Shown here: positions 1 through 8,985 of the stretch, in pieces
Layout of the letters: each line of letters begins with the position of its first letter
How positions within the stretch are numbered: position 1 is the first letter of the stretch
From: Patescibacteria group bacterium
GTDB taxonomy: Bacteria; Patescibacteriota; Minisyncoccia; Phycocordibacterales; Phycocordibacteraceae
Direction: 5' to 3'
DNA: 64,000 bases
Assembly: GCA_038064695.1 (NCBI GenBank)
Contig: JBBTSO010000005.1
Coordinates: forward strand, 106,070 to 170,069
The notes under the pieces: model-generated
The model's database searches: none
What the model was told of the DNA's origin: nothing
What the model saw: only the letters and a program-made list of their open reading frames with translations
Position numbers and translations under genes: made by a program

Positions 1-319
1 GCACGATAGAGAGTTTATCAATAGCGACCACAGTTGAGGTAGTTCCTCCTTGAATAGCGGCAAAATAAAAAATCCATGATAGTGCCCCCGCGACTCCAGA
101 AAGCGCGATAAAAATCCATGCCTTGCTGGTAATAGTTTCAAGTCCAGCAGCAGTCAATTTTCCTAGAACAAGTGACACGCCGAAAAGAAACACCGCCATG
201 ATAATGCCACGCACCGTGGTTGCCATGGTTGAGTCAATGCCGGTGAGCCCAATTTTTCCAAAAATAGCGACTAAGGAGGCGAACAGAGCGGCGAGTGAGG
301 CGTATAAAATAGAAAGCAT
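1..319 (-). CDS. EamA/DMT family transporter (3' end outside window)
   Basis: Manual translation from ATG 319: MLSILYASLAALFASLVAIFGKIGLTGIDSTMATTVR...LSGVAGALSWIFYFAAIQ...VVAIDKLS, typical small EamA protein; absent from ORF track because truncated. Confidence 0.85.
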   Translation of the reverse strand, partial: MLSILYASLAALFASLVAIFGKIGLTGIDSTMATTVRGIIMAVFLFGVSLVLGKLTAAGLETITSKAWIFIALSGVAGALSWIFYFAAIQGGTTSTVVAIDKLSIV

Positions 320-336
320 ATACAATACTATAGCGC

Positions 337-1014
337 ATGAACAGTAACACTCAAGTGCAGATGCCCGAAGTCTGGAAAACACTTCTTGAAGAGGAGTTCC
401 AAAAACCGTACTTTGTATCACTGAGGGATGCCGTTCGCGCTGAATACCTCACCGGTACCGTGTTCCCCCACCCCACGAAACTATTTCGAGCGTTTGAGTT
501 TGTAAAACCAAACGAGGTGCGCGTCGTTATCCTTGGGCAAGACCCTTACCATACGCCGGGAGTTGCTGATGGGCTGGCATTTTCTACACTTTCCCAAAAT
601 AAAATCCCGCCTTCGCTTCAAAATATATTTAAAGAAATAGAGTCAGAATTTAGCTTTCAATGTGAAAAAAATCCTGACCTTTCGCGGTGGGCTACACAGG
701 GCGTACTGCTCTTAAACGCGTCCCTTTCAGTCAAAAGTGGGCTCGCAAACTCACACGCTCCCTACGGGTGGCACACCTTCACTGATGCGGTGATTTCAAA
801 AATTTCTGACACACAAAATGATGTAGTTTTTTTACTATGGGGGTCTTTCGCGAGTAAAAAAAGTATTCTTATTGACTCTGCTAAGCATCTTATTCTCACC
901 TCTCCTCATCCGTCACCTTTTTCTGCCTATAGTGGTTTTTTTGGAAACGGGCATTTTCTTAAAGCAAACGACTACCTAAAAACCCACGATCGTGGGGAAA
1001 TCAACTGGAGATAG
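337..1014 (+). CDS. ung: Uracil-DNA glycosylase family 1
   Basis: GQDPYH and HPSPFS motifs, GVLLLN. Confidence 0.97.
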   Translation: MNSNTQVQMPEVWKTLLEEEFQKPYFVSLRDAVRAEYLTGTVFPHPTKLFRAFEFVKPNEVRVVILGQDPYHTPGVADGLAFSTLSQNKIPPSLQNIFKEIESEFSFQCEKNPDLSRWATQGVLLLNASLSVKSGLANSHAPYGWHTFTDAVISKISDTQNDVVFLLWGSFASKKSILIDSAKHLILTSPHPSPFSAYSGFFGNGHFLKANDYLKTHDRGEINWR

Positions 1015-1082
1015 GGAGAAGAAATTGACGACTTGGAACCCCTAGCGTACCATCACGAGTATATAAAGTAATTTATTTTTTT

Positions 1083-1376
1083 ATGACAACACTAGGAAGC
1101 AGGGAGGGTATTAATGTCCCTACGGCATTGGCAGCAGCTTTTGTTATGTTTGCAGCGGCAGATTTTCTTGCAGAAAGTGCCTATGCAGCAACAATGGCAT
1201 CGTCTGAATTAAGTGATGCTGAGCGACACTCAATTTTTCAAGAGTGGATGAACAATATGAAAGCAAACTGTCGCTTTCCCTTCTGTTTGGCTCCTTCAAC
1301 GCGAATGATTACTGAAGGGTGGGGGGTGTGCGAAGTACACGCGCAAACGTTTGATAAACTTGCCGGTAGAATTTAG
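1083..1376 (+). CDS. Small orphan protein, N-terminal hydrophobic helix, C-terminal Cx4C...Cx2H
   Basis: 97 aa ORF filling intergenic space; same layout as next two ORFs. Confidence 0.6.
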   Translation: MTTLGSREGINVPTALAAAFVMFAAADFLAESAYAATMASSELSDAERHSIFQEWMNNMKANCRFPFCLAPSTRMITEGWGVCEVHAQTFDKLAGRI

Positions 1377-1410
1377 TTGTTTACAGTGGGAGGTTAGATT
1401 TTGAATTTTT

Positions 1411-1656
1411 ATGACCGTTGCCGATGCGACATATTATCCTCGTGAGAGTAGGAATGTTGAAGCAGCTCTCATCGTGTTGAGTGTAGTAACGGCAGTAGTT
1501 GCCGTCGTATGGTACGTGAACGAAACAGGGAGAGGTGACGAGCCGGTGTACCACTGCGCGCGTGAAGAATGCCCCAACGCCGGAGTGTTCTTAAGCAAAG
1601 GACGCCCCTATTGTTTTTTTCACTACCTCTCTTCTCGCGCGGCAAACGATAATTGA
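1411..1656 (+). CDS. Small orphan membrane protein with Cx4C...Cx2H motif
   Basis: TM helix then CAREEC...YCFFH; GGAGG upstream. Confidence 0.65.
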   Translation: MTVADATYYPRESRNVEAALIVLSVVTAVVAVVWYVNETGRGDEPVYHCAREECPNAGVFLSKGRPYCFFHYLSSRAANDN

Positions 1657-1687
1657 CTTTTACAATAGTTAACGTAAGTTAAAGCAT

Positions 1688-2017
1688 ATGTCTTTATTAC
1701 GCGGTGAGGCAAATGCTCTTACGATGGGACGACATAGAGTCGATAATGGTCCTTTAATCACCGTATTCGGCTCAATAGCAGCTGTAGCTCTTGCTGCATT
1801 GACTGTGTACGCCAAAGGGTCTTTTGACGATCCTGTTGAAGGTATGCGTGATTCAAACTTTAACACCACCACACCCTTCGCTGAGAATAATCAGATAAAA
1901 CCAGAGGACCCGTGTCCAGGTACAGGCATATTCCCTTGCGGTAAACCAACCTACGCTGGTTTGGATTACTGTTTAGAGTGTTATGAAAAAATTGCAGCGG
2001 ATATGAGCGGAGACTAA
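1688..2017 (+). CDS. Small orphan membrane protein with four C-terminal Cys
   Basis: TM helix then CPGTGIFPC...YCLECY. Confidence 0.6.
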   Translation: MSLLRGEANALTMGRHRVDNGPLITVFGSIAAVALAALTVYAKGSFDDPVEGMRDSNFNTTTPFAENNQIKPEDPCPGTGIFPCGKPTYAGLDYCLECYEKIAADMSGD

Positions 2018-2298
2018 ATATGTACTCCTTCAGCCTTCAAGAGTTTTTCCTTTTCCCCTCGTAAACCGTTGTAACCACCAAGACCATTTTTTGCGACTAC
2101 GCGGTGACACGGGACATTGGTGTCGCGATTTGAGCGCATAATAGCTCCTACGGCACGAGCGGCGCGAGGATGCCCCGCGAGAGTAGCTACTTCTCCGTAC
2201 GTGAGTGTTTTCCCTTTTGGAATTTTTTTAACTTCCGCGATAACGCGTTTAGAAAAATCAAAACGATCTTTAATTGAAGAGAGTTTCTGTGTGTGCAT
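2014..2298 (-). CDS. ogt: Methylated-DNA-protein-cysteine methyltransferase (single-domain MGMT)
   Basis: IPKGKTLTYGEVA, ARAVG, PCHRV active site; start re-called at ATG 2298. Confidence 0.88.
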   Translation of the reverse strand: MHTQKLSSIKDRFDFSKRVIAEVKKIPKGKTLTYGEVATLAGHPRAARAVGAIMRSNRDTNVPCHRVVAKNGLGGYNGLRGEKEKLLKAEGVHI

Positions 2299-3127
2299 CT
2301 TTTTTCTTTTTAGTACTGCTAACAACCTTTTTTGACACTGTTTCTTTTTTCTGACTGCCCGCGTGCAATTCTTTAAAGGCTTTACCCGCAGCTTCTCGAT
2401 ACAGACAATGTTCACACGGCTTTCCTCCAAAGGAGGTTCCTACGGGAGGTATGGTATCAGATGAAAGAACTTCCTTCATTTCCATAAGTAATGGTTCAAC
2501 CCACGAGTCATCTCCTGTATATGCAATGAGGTTAATATCAAAGTCTAACTTTGCGTCAAAAGCATTGATTGAATCGTCCTGGCGTGCGTTTGCGTACACA
2601 AAGTATCCAACCGGTGAGACCTTAAACCCATTTTGCTTAAAGAGCCACTGGTACACTTCCATTTGTTTCTTATACGAGTCATAGAGGTGATCTACACTGT
2701 TCGGGCCTTCTGCTTTTGATGTTGCTTTGTAATCAACAATGAGTAACTCCCCATTAGGACGTACCCACACATCGTCAATGCCTCCTCGCACATAAAAACC
2801 AGAGGGAGTGTGGTGAGTCCCGATACCTCTGCGTAGCGCGTCTCGCCACTCGTCCATTCGTTCGTCTTTAAACGGTACCGCTTCAACCCCGTACTGGCGT
2901 AGAATGGGGTGCACGGTCCCCGCTTCACGGTGAATATCAAATTCTCTCTTAAATAGTTCGTCAACCGCGTTGTTGAGCGTGAACGACGGCATAGAGGGAC
3001 GTGACACCCCGAGGCGAAGGTCTAAGTACGAGCAACGCTGACACTCTGAAAACACATCAACCTTCGTTCGGCTGATTTTGAATGGCTCGCTACTTCCCGC
3101 ATCATATACTTTTCTTTTATACGCCAT
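2270..3127 (-). CDS. PD-(D/E)XK nuclease (RecB/AddB/Cas4-like, standalone)
   Basis: GGIDD...IVDYKAT...QMEVYQW; CxxC pairs near both ends. Confidence 0.85.
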   Translation of the reverse strand: MAYKRKVYDAGSSEPFKISRTKVDVFSECQRCSYLDLRLGVSRPSMPSFTLNNAVDELFKREFDIHREAGTVHPILRQYGVEAVPFKDERMDEWRDALRRGIGTHHTPSGFYVRGGIDDVWVRPNGELLIVDYKATSKAEGPNSVDHLYDSYKKQMEVYQWLFKQNGFKVSPVGYFVYANARQDDSINAFDAKLDFDINLIAYTGDDSWVEPLLMEMKEVLSSDTIPPVGTSFGGKPCEHCLYREAAGKAFKELHAGSQKKETVSKKVVSSTKKKKDAHTETLFN

Positions 3128-3133
3128 AGAGAG

Positions 3134-3961
3134 TTATGCTCCACATAATTGCACACTTTCCTTCACAATGTCTTGGTGTTTTCTGCGAGGAATACCTGCG
3201 CGCACCAAAACCTCAGGGTTTGATGAAATATCTCTACAGAGTGTTACTTGATTTGCCAACAGCTGCGACTCCTCTTTTTTGCTAATAGAGGTCAGAACAG
3301 TAATTGGGTAAAGTCCTGTTTCCTCAACAAGCGTGGCAAGGTTTTGGTCTTGTGGGTAATTCCACCCCATGAGAGTGATGCCGGCACACGTTGCGTATTC
3401 AATGGCATGGCTAGTAAATTTTGTATTGGTTACAAGCCATGCACTACTGGTGGGAGAAGGTACGCCTCGGTCTTTTGCGCCATACTCAATGTCCCAAAAA
3501 CGCGCGCGGACATAGAGCGCGGTTTTGAGATCAGTTTTAAAACCGGGAACGTTGTGAAATTTTAACTCCGCGCCGATGGTTTCATTGCCTTTTCTTAAAA
3601 CGACATCTACTTCGTGCGACGTACACCGTCCAGGAATAATTTGACGAACCTGAGCATCGTACCCACGAGCACGCATTAGTTCGCAGAAGTAATCTTCAAA
3701 AGGAAATCCCGTGGGTCCCATTTCCAAAATGGCGCGACGCATGGAATAGCGAGCTGCGAGTGTTCGTTCTTCTTTTTTTAATTCTAAAAACGCCGAACGG
3801 TAAATTTCACCGGTGGTCATGCCGTCTTTTATTTTTTGTGACACACGTGCAGCGGTGCGTGCCACGACTTCACGAGGTGCCCCAGAGCGCGCGAGTGACG
3901 TTTCCAACTTCTGAACGTCAAACGTCTCACGGGTACCGTCACCTTTTATAATGATGCTCAT
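3134..3961 (-). CDS. ATP-cone plus Mrr-like restriction endonuclease domain protein
   Basis: N-terminal IIKGDGTRETFDVQKL ATP cone; GFPFE...HEVDV...ELKFH...LVTNTKFT. Confidence 0.85.
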   Translation of the reverse strand: MSIIIKGDGTRETFDVQKLETSLARSGAPREVVARTAARVSQKIKDGMTTGEIYRSAFLELKKEERTLAARYSMRRAILEMGPTGFPFEDYFCELMRARGYDAQVRQIIPGRCTSHEVDVVLRKGNETIGAELKFHNVPGFKTDLKTALYVRARFWDIEYGAKDRGVPSPTSSAWLVTNTKFTSHAIEYATCAGITLMGWNYPQDQNLATLVEETGLYPITVLTSISKKEESQLLANQVTLCRDISSNPEVLVRAGIPRRKHQDIVKESVQLCGA

Positions 3962-3975
3962 TCAGACAGTATAAA

Positions 3976-5136
3976 CTAGACCAAAACACCACCTCCCACG
4001 CACTCATCTGTTTCGGGATTATACAAAACGATACTCTGTCCCGGTGCCACTTGTACTGGTTTTTTAAAGCGAAGTTCCGTGCCGTGCACTGAAACAGGAA
4101 TACGTTCTCCGTGGTAACGAATCTGTGCTTCAAGCAAGGAGGACTGCACATCGCTTCTAATCCAATGCATTTCTTTTACATTGCCAACCGCGCTCAAACC
4201 ATATTCTTCAACATAGGGCGAAAGAATTAATTCATTTGCATCAATATTTTTTTTAACGACGTATAATTTCTCGCCAGATCCTAAAGGAAATCGCTCTCCG
4301 AGTGTGTAAAATTGAACGCCATCATGCGTTCCGATCACCTCACCTTCGGTATTTTTTAGGTGTCCTGGCACAACCGGAATGTAGTGCTGGAGAAATTCAC
4401 GCATATCAACATGGCCTAAAAAACAAAGCCCCTGCGAATCGCGCTTTGTTGCGTTTGGAAGCCCTGCCTCATTTGCAATGCGACGCACTTCTGTTTTTGG
4501 TAACTCCCCTACGGGAAACAACGTGTGCGAAAGGTCGTCTTGAGTTAGTGTCCATAAAAAATAACTTTGATCTTTAGCCTCATCCACTCCACGCAATAAT
4601 TTGTAATCTTTGTTCCTCGCATAAGCAGAGCTTGCGTCCAGCGTTCGCTCGGACGTAATGACACTTGCGTTACTACGTCCCTCACTCACTCGGGCGTAAG
4701 CGGAGCTTTCGCTCGGCGTTCGTTCGTACGTATCAGTGCGGACACTGTCACGTACTTCTCTCACTTGAGCGTAGTGTCCCGTGGCAATAAAATCAGCGCC
4801 TTCTTTTTTTGCCTGTTCCCAAAATGCGCCGAATTTTATTTCTCGGTTACACGCAACATCTGGGTTAGGCGTCCGTCCAGAACGATACTCTTCAATAAAA
4901 TAGTCTACGACGCTCTTTTTGTACTCTTCTTCAAAGTCATAAGAAAGAAATGGGATTTCCAAATGCGCCGCGACACGCATTGCGTCCAGTCGATCTTGCC
5001 CTGAGGTACAGGGTAAAAAGTCCGGCTCCCATACCTTTAAAAACACCCCCACGACGCGGTACCCCTGTTTCTTTAAGAGGTACGCTGAAACAGCAGAATC
5101 CACCCCACCGGAGAGGCCTACAAAAACAGTTTTCAT
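3976..5136 (-). CDS. mnmA: tRNA 2-thiouridine synthase MnmA with a ~50 aa repeat-derived insertion
   Basis: SGGVDS, TPNPDVACN, ATGHYA, KDQSYFL, DSQGLCF; start re-called at ATG 5136. Confidence 0.96.
   Translation of the reverse strand: MKTVFVGLSGGVDSAVSAYLLKKQGYRVVGVFLKVWEPDFLPCTSGQDRLDAMRVAAHLEIPFLSYDFEEEYKKSVVDYFIEEYRSGRTPNPDVACNREIKFGAFWEQAKKEGADFIATGHYAQVREVRDSVRTDTYERTPSESSAYARVSEGRSNASVITSERTLDASSAYARNKDYKLLRGVDEAKDQSYFLWTLTQDDLSHTLFPVGELPKTEVRRIANEAGLPNATKRDSQGLCFLGHVDMREFLQHYIPVVPGHLKNTEGEVIGTHDGVQFYTLGERFPLGSGEKLYVVKKNIDANELILSPYVEEYGLSAVGNVKEMHWIRSDVQSSLLEAQIRYHGERIPVSVHGTELRFKKPVQVAPGQSIVLYNPETDECVGGGVLV
4616..4766. repeat. Two tandem 75-nt palindromic units in frame within mnmA
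   Basis: Units start 4621 and 4696; each holds a hairpin (ggacgta..tacgtcc; gtacgt..acgtac); peptide SSAYAR recurs 25 aa apart. Confidence 0.85.
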
Positions 5137-5200
5137 CAGCTCAGTGTAACAAAAAAGCACCGAGGATATATCTCGATGCTTTTTGAACAAAGAAAGAAGG

Positions 5201-5452
5201 TTATCTTCGAAACATTCCTCGAAAGCCTCTTCTAGCTGTATAGAGTCCAAAACCGGCTGCACCACCAAAAAAACCGAGCATACCAGTTTTCTCTGGCCAA
5301 GAAATTGAAGAAAATTGCTGGTAATAAGAATCATTTTCTCCGATTAGATGAAAGAAATCTTTTTCTCCATCCAACGCATCAATGAGGGTAAAAAATTCAT
5401 CTCCCGCAAGAACTGCAAGAGCAGATCCAAAGAGTAAAAGATCAACTTTCAT
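5201..5452 (-). CDS. Small orphan protein
   Basis: 83 aa ORF with two hydrophobic stretches, downstream of a perfect sigma70 promoter. Confidence 0.55.
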   Translation of the reverse strand: MKVDLLLFGSALAVLAGDEFFTLIDALDGEKDFFHLIGENDSYYQQFSSISWPEKTGMLGFFGGAAGFGLYTARRGFRGMFRR

Positions 5453-5524
5453 ATAGTGTATTAATTATTTGTATTTGTGACGAGTATGCAGGAAATAAAT
5501 AAAATGTTTTGTTCCCTGCCTTGC

Positions 5525-5553
5525 ATTATATACTATACTATATAATTTGTCAA
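5525..5553 (-). promoter_or_regulatory. Perfect consensus sigma70 promoter
   Basis: TTGACA-17 nt-TATAAT on minus strand; the -35 contains the mltG TGA stop. Confidence 0.8.
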
Positions 5554-6527
5554 TTTTTTAAAAATCGTCTATTTTCCACATGCTCATCAAGAGTGCGCCC
5601 ATAGTGCATTTCCCCGTCAAAACCTGTTAGATAGTAGAAATAGGGTGTTTCCACAGGGTTCACCGCGGCTTTGAGCGACTCAAGCCCTGGGTTGGCAATA
5701 GGCCCTGGAGGGAGTCCCTTATTTTTGTACGTGTTGTATGGCGAGTCGGTAGTAACCAGTTCATCGAACGTTGGGCTAAAGGTATCTATGCCAAAAATGT
5801 ACCCGAACACTGCGTCTACCTGAAGCGGCATACCAATTTTTATGCGCTTCCATAAAATGCCTGAAATAATTTGCCGTGTTTCATACTGACGCGCTTCTTT
5901 TTCTAAAAGAGACGCCATCGTTACCACTTCAGAGAGCGGGACACCGAATGCCACTATATCTTCCTTAAGTACTGTTATTTGTTTTTCAAATTCACTTTCC
6001 ATTGTACTAATGACTGTTTCAGGCAACACGCCATCAGAAAACAAATATGTTTCAGGAAATAGATACCCCTCGTGTTCTTTTGCTTGCGTGATGAATGCCT
6101 GCTCATCAAACGAAAGGAGAGCTTCACTTAGCAGGCGCGCTATATCGCGCACCGTTGAACCTTCAGGAATAGTAACTTTTATTAAGGGAAGTCCAGTTTC
6201 TCCTTTTAGAGTTCGCGTGATGACGTGAAAAACAGAGAGTGGTCGTTCAAAACTATACGCACCGGCACGGATATTATTTTCTCCTCCTACAAGACGTACC
6301 GCATTGGTAAAGAAAAAAGATGAACGGATAACATCTTCTCGCTCAAGAATGGAACCGACTTCACGCACACTTGACCCCCCCGGAATAGTAACAGCCATGT
6401 TTCTAGGAAATGAAAAAGGAGGTATAACGTACAGAATGAAAAAAGTAACCAAACACACTGCCACAACCACTCCGTACGAGTACAGTGGCCTCCCAATAAT
6501 GCGCTGAAAAAGGTCATGAATGATCAT
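5550..6527 (-). CDS. mltG: Endolytic transglycosylase MltG
   Basis: EGYLFPETY, ASLLEKE, LQVD, SPYNTY, GLPPGPIANPG. Confidence 0.95.
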   Translation of the reverse strand: MIIHDLFQRIIGRPLYSYGVVVAVCLVTFFILYVIPPFSFPRNMAVTIPGGSSVREVGSILEREDVIRSSFFFTNAVRLVGGENNIRAGAYSFERPLSVFHVITRTLKGETGLPLIKVTIPEGSTVRDIARLLSEALLSFDEQAFITQAKEHEGYLFPETYLFSDGVLPETVISTMESEFEKQITVLKEDIVAFGVPLSEVVTMASLLEKEARQYETRQIISGILWKRIKIGMPLQVDAVFGYIFGIDTFSPTFDELVTTDSPYNTYKNKGLPPGPIANPGLESLKAAVNPVETPYFYYLTGFDGEMHYGRTLDEHVENRRFLKN

Positions 6528-6536
6528 AGGCAGCCA

Positions 6537-7763
6537 TTACAAGGGAATATTATCAGGTGGTTCTAAGCGCGTGCCGTGCACGCGCGAAAGAGCGCTGGAG
6601 CGCGTTATGTGTGGCAAGTGAAATAACGTAGCAAGTTCAGCAGTGTTCAGTACCGTTACTTTTCCATAGTAAGGCGGGGTGAAGTGCGTGCGGCGGCGAT
6701 AAAGGTTCAATACATATGCTTCATAAAGCCAGGGTATTGCGGCAAAGATATCTGAGAGTGGCCAAGAAATTCGTTCACGTGGATTATAGGCACTGAACCC
6801 ATTTAATTTTGGATCAGAGAATTGGTCAAAGAGCGTGTCCAGTCCCTCTGCGCGTGCCTCATCATACACATCACGGTCTGCCATATAAAGTGCCCTCACG
6901 CCACAGTCAAACGAGGGGCGTTTCAACGCGTCTTCAATTGCCGCAATAATTTCTTGTTCAGTTTTTGGAAGTTGTCGAGGGTCCCCAACGTCACCAATAA
7001 TTTTTCCAATTTCATGTGTGGCATCAGTGTGCAGACTATCAACTTCACGTTGCCAAAAATGTTTTCGCTCCCTCTGGTGGGGGCGAACGATGAAAGAGAT
7101 GTAGAGATGCTGTTTTTCAGGAAGTGAGATAAGTGAATCCAAGAGCGCGTGAAAGGGGCCACTCTGATCCTTTTCTTTCTCATACGATTCATACGTTTTT
7201 AACGGGTAAGGATCTGGTTTTAAAAGTGTAAACTCGCGCGCCGCAAGTTTCATTGAAACAGGGCTGAATGCTACCTCACGCGCGTAGTCGCGTGGCTCAT
7301 CAATATCAACGTCTTTATATTCGCTTCGCAAACGCAGCTCAAACGCCTGACGATGTGCCTTTGGGATGCGTACAAAAAAACGCACGGTACCGCCCGTTGC
7401 AGCAATCTCAAAGCTCCACGGAAGGCGCACTCTTCCGGCAAGTAATTCCTCTGTTCGTGAAATAGATTCACGGTAGTAGAGCGAGTAAAAAACTATCTCC
7501 ATAGGATGGGCAGTTTTGGGGGTGTGTTCACCAGGCTTTAACTCCAACATCACGTACGGAACTGAAGCAACGTATTGTGACCGCACATACGTAAGCCAGA
7601 GTGGAATAAACAGTGCAGTAAGGAGGAGCGGAAGCCACAAAGGCGCCAGCGCCCATAGAAAACCAAAAAAACCTGCGACGACGTTAGGAATGAAATACAC
7701 CCCGAGAGGAATAAGTAAAAGGAGTGAGAGCGCTAAAACGCGCAACAATACGCGAACATCCAT
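6537..7763 (-). CDS. Conserved hypothetical membrane protein
   Basis: Two N-terminal TM helices, WSFEI, YPLKTY, ELATLFHLP; start re-called at ATG 7763. Confidence 0.8.
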   Translation of the reverse strand: MDVRVLLRVLALSLLLLIPLGVYFIPNVVAGFFGFLWALAPLWLPLLLTALFIPLWLTYVRSQYVASVPYVMLELKPGEHTPKTAHPMEIVFYSLYYRESISRTEELLAGRVRLPWSFEIAATGGTVRFFVRIPKAHRQAFELRLRSEYKDVDIDEPRDYAREVAFSPVSMKLAAREFTLLKPDPYPLKTYESYEKEKDQSGPFHALLDSLISLPEKQHLYISFIVRPHQRERKHFWQREVDSLHTDATHEIGKIIGDVGDPRQLPKTEQEIIAAIEDALKRPSFDCGVRALYMADRDVYDEARAEGLDTLFDQFSDPKLNGFSAYNPRERISWPLSDIFAAIPWLYEAYVLNLYRRRTHFTPPYYGKVTVLNTAELATLFHLPHITRSSALSRVHGTRLEPPDNIPL

Positions 7764-7781
7764 GGATAAAATATACCATTT

Positions 7782-7817
7782 AAAAAACACCTCCCCACTT
7801 TTGGGAAGGTGTTTTTT
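7782..7817. terminator. Intrinsic terminator hairpin
   Basis: aaaaaacacct.ccc-acttt-tggg.aggtgttttt with A/T tails, after 7837-8865. Confidence 0.7.
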
Positions 7818-7836
7818 GGTACGATTTCAGTGTCTT

Positions 7837-8865
7837 TTATTTCTTGAGCGCGTACTTACCATCGGCAAGTCGAGAGAACTTTGGATTTTGTAAGTTAACC
7901 AAGATCGTGTTGGTTTTTACAAAACGTTCTTTGAGCACTTTATCAATAATTTGATCTCGAGTCAGCGCTCCGTGTTCACGAAGTACATTTTCAATAATGG
8001 TAGCGACAGGTCCCTCGCGGTATCCCCACTCTTTGAGCGCGTACTGGCCACGTCCAACCAAAACAAAGCGATCACTCTTAATAAGCTCGTTGTGCGTCGT
8101 TGCTTCGTGTGCTTTTTTACCAAACAACTCACGAATTGATTTTGCTACTTCACGGAAGTGCATAGGAGAGCCGTTACGTTTCATAACGAGGTACGCGTAG
8201 TCAGCAATATTCTTTACTTTTATTCCAGGAGCAGACGTACGACCCCACTCATTGAGAGGATTTTTTACCAAACATTGAGACAATTCAAGCCAGCGAAGAA
8301 TGGTGTCACGGTTTCGGTGCTTTGCGTTTACGCGAGAAAGACACCCCATAACGTGAGTGACGAGTGCGTCTTCGGTGAGTACGTCAGAGGGACGAACTTT
8401 CTGGTGAACTTCTTTTAACGCGCTTTCAACTGCTTTTGCGATATCTGAATCTACAAACCAACGCTTGCCGAAGTCTTTATCTTCTTTTGCTTGCTTAAAT
8501 GAGTCACCAACCACCAACATAAAGTAAAGGTGATTCTGCATTTCAAGATCTGGAGCCAACGTGTTTAGAATGGTTTTTTCAGTCAAAATTCCCCCTAAGT
8601 CTCTAATTGAATCTTCGAGTGCTGAAAAAGAACCAGCCTCTTTCACAAATGCATCAGATTCCTGAATGAGTTTAATGGCATGATTTTCAATTTGTCGAAC
8701 GCGCTCACGCGTAATGCCGTACCGTTTCCCAATAGCATCCAACGTCTCAGCCTGTCTGCCCGAGGCAAGGCCGTAGCGCGAAAGAATAACGTCACGAGAA
8801 CGATCAGGAAGATTTTGAACTAAACGCTTCGTAACGACAGCTGGTTTAAAGGTTAGCTTGGACAT
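7837..8865 (-). CDS. Sigma70 region-4 HTH plus tandem winged-HTH (RNAP delta/HARE-HTH-like) protein
   Basis: TLDAIGKRYGITRERVRQIE at N-terminus; HNELI..RFVLVGRGQYALKEWGY. Confidence 0.8.
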   Translation of the reverse strand: MSKLTFKPAVVTKRLVQNLPDRSRDVILSRYGLASGRQAETLDAIGKRYGITRERVRQIENHAIKLIQESDAFVKEAGSFSALEDSIRDLGGILTEKTILNTLAPDLEMQNHLYFMLVVGDSFKQAKEDKDFGKRWFVDSDIAKAVESALKEVHQKVRPSDVLTEDALVTHVMGCLSRVNAKHRNRDTILRWLELSQCLVKNPLNEWGRTSAPGIKVKNIADYAYLVMKRNGSPMHFREVAKSIRELFGKKAHEATTHNELIKSDRFVLVGRGQYALKEWGYREGPVATIIENVLREHGALTRDQIIDKVLKERFVKTNTILVNLQNPKFSRLADGKYALKK

Positions 8866-8985
8866 TGTGTTATTGGTTGTTTTCTAATAATTACCTTCTA
8901 CCTTTATATCATAAAAATAATTTAAAGTCAAAGATACTGTTTTCCACACCCTGACAAGGGCACGGCAACCGCTTTAGGCGCAGGA

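Noticed and set aside
2270-3127. CRISPR-Cas locus around a Cas4-like gene
   Set aside because: No cas1/cas2 and no regularly spaced repeat array seen anywhere in the window.
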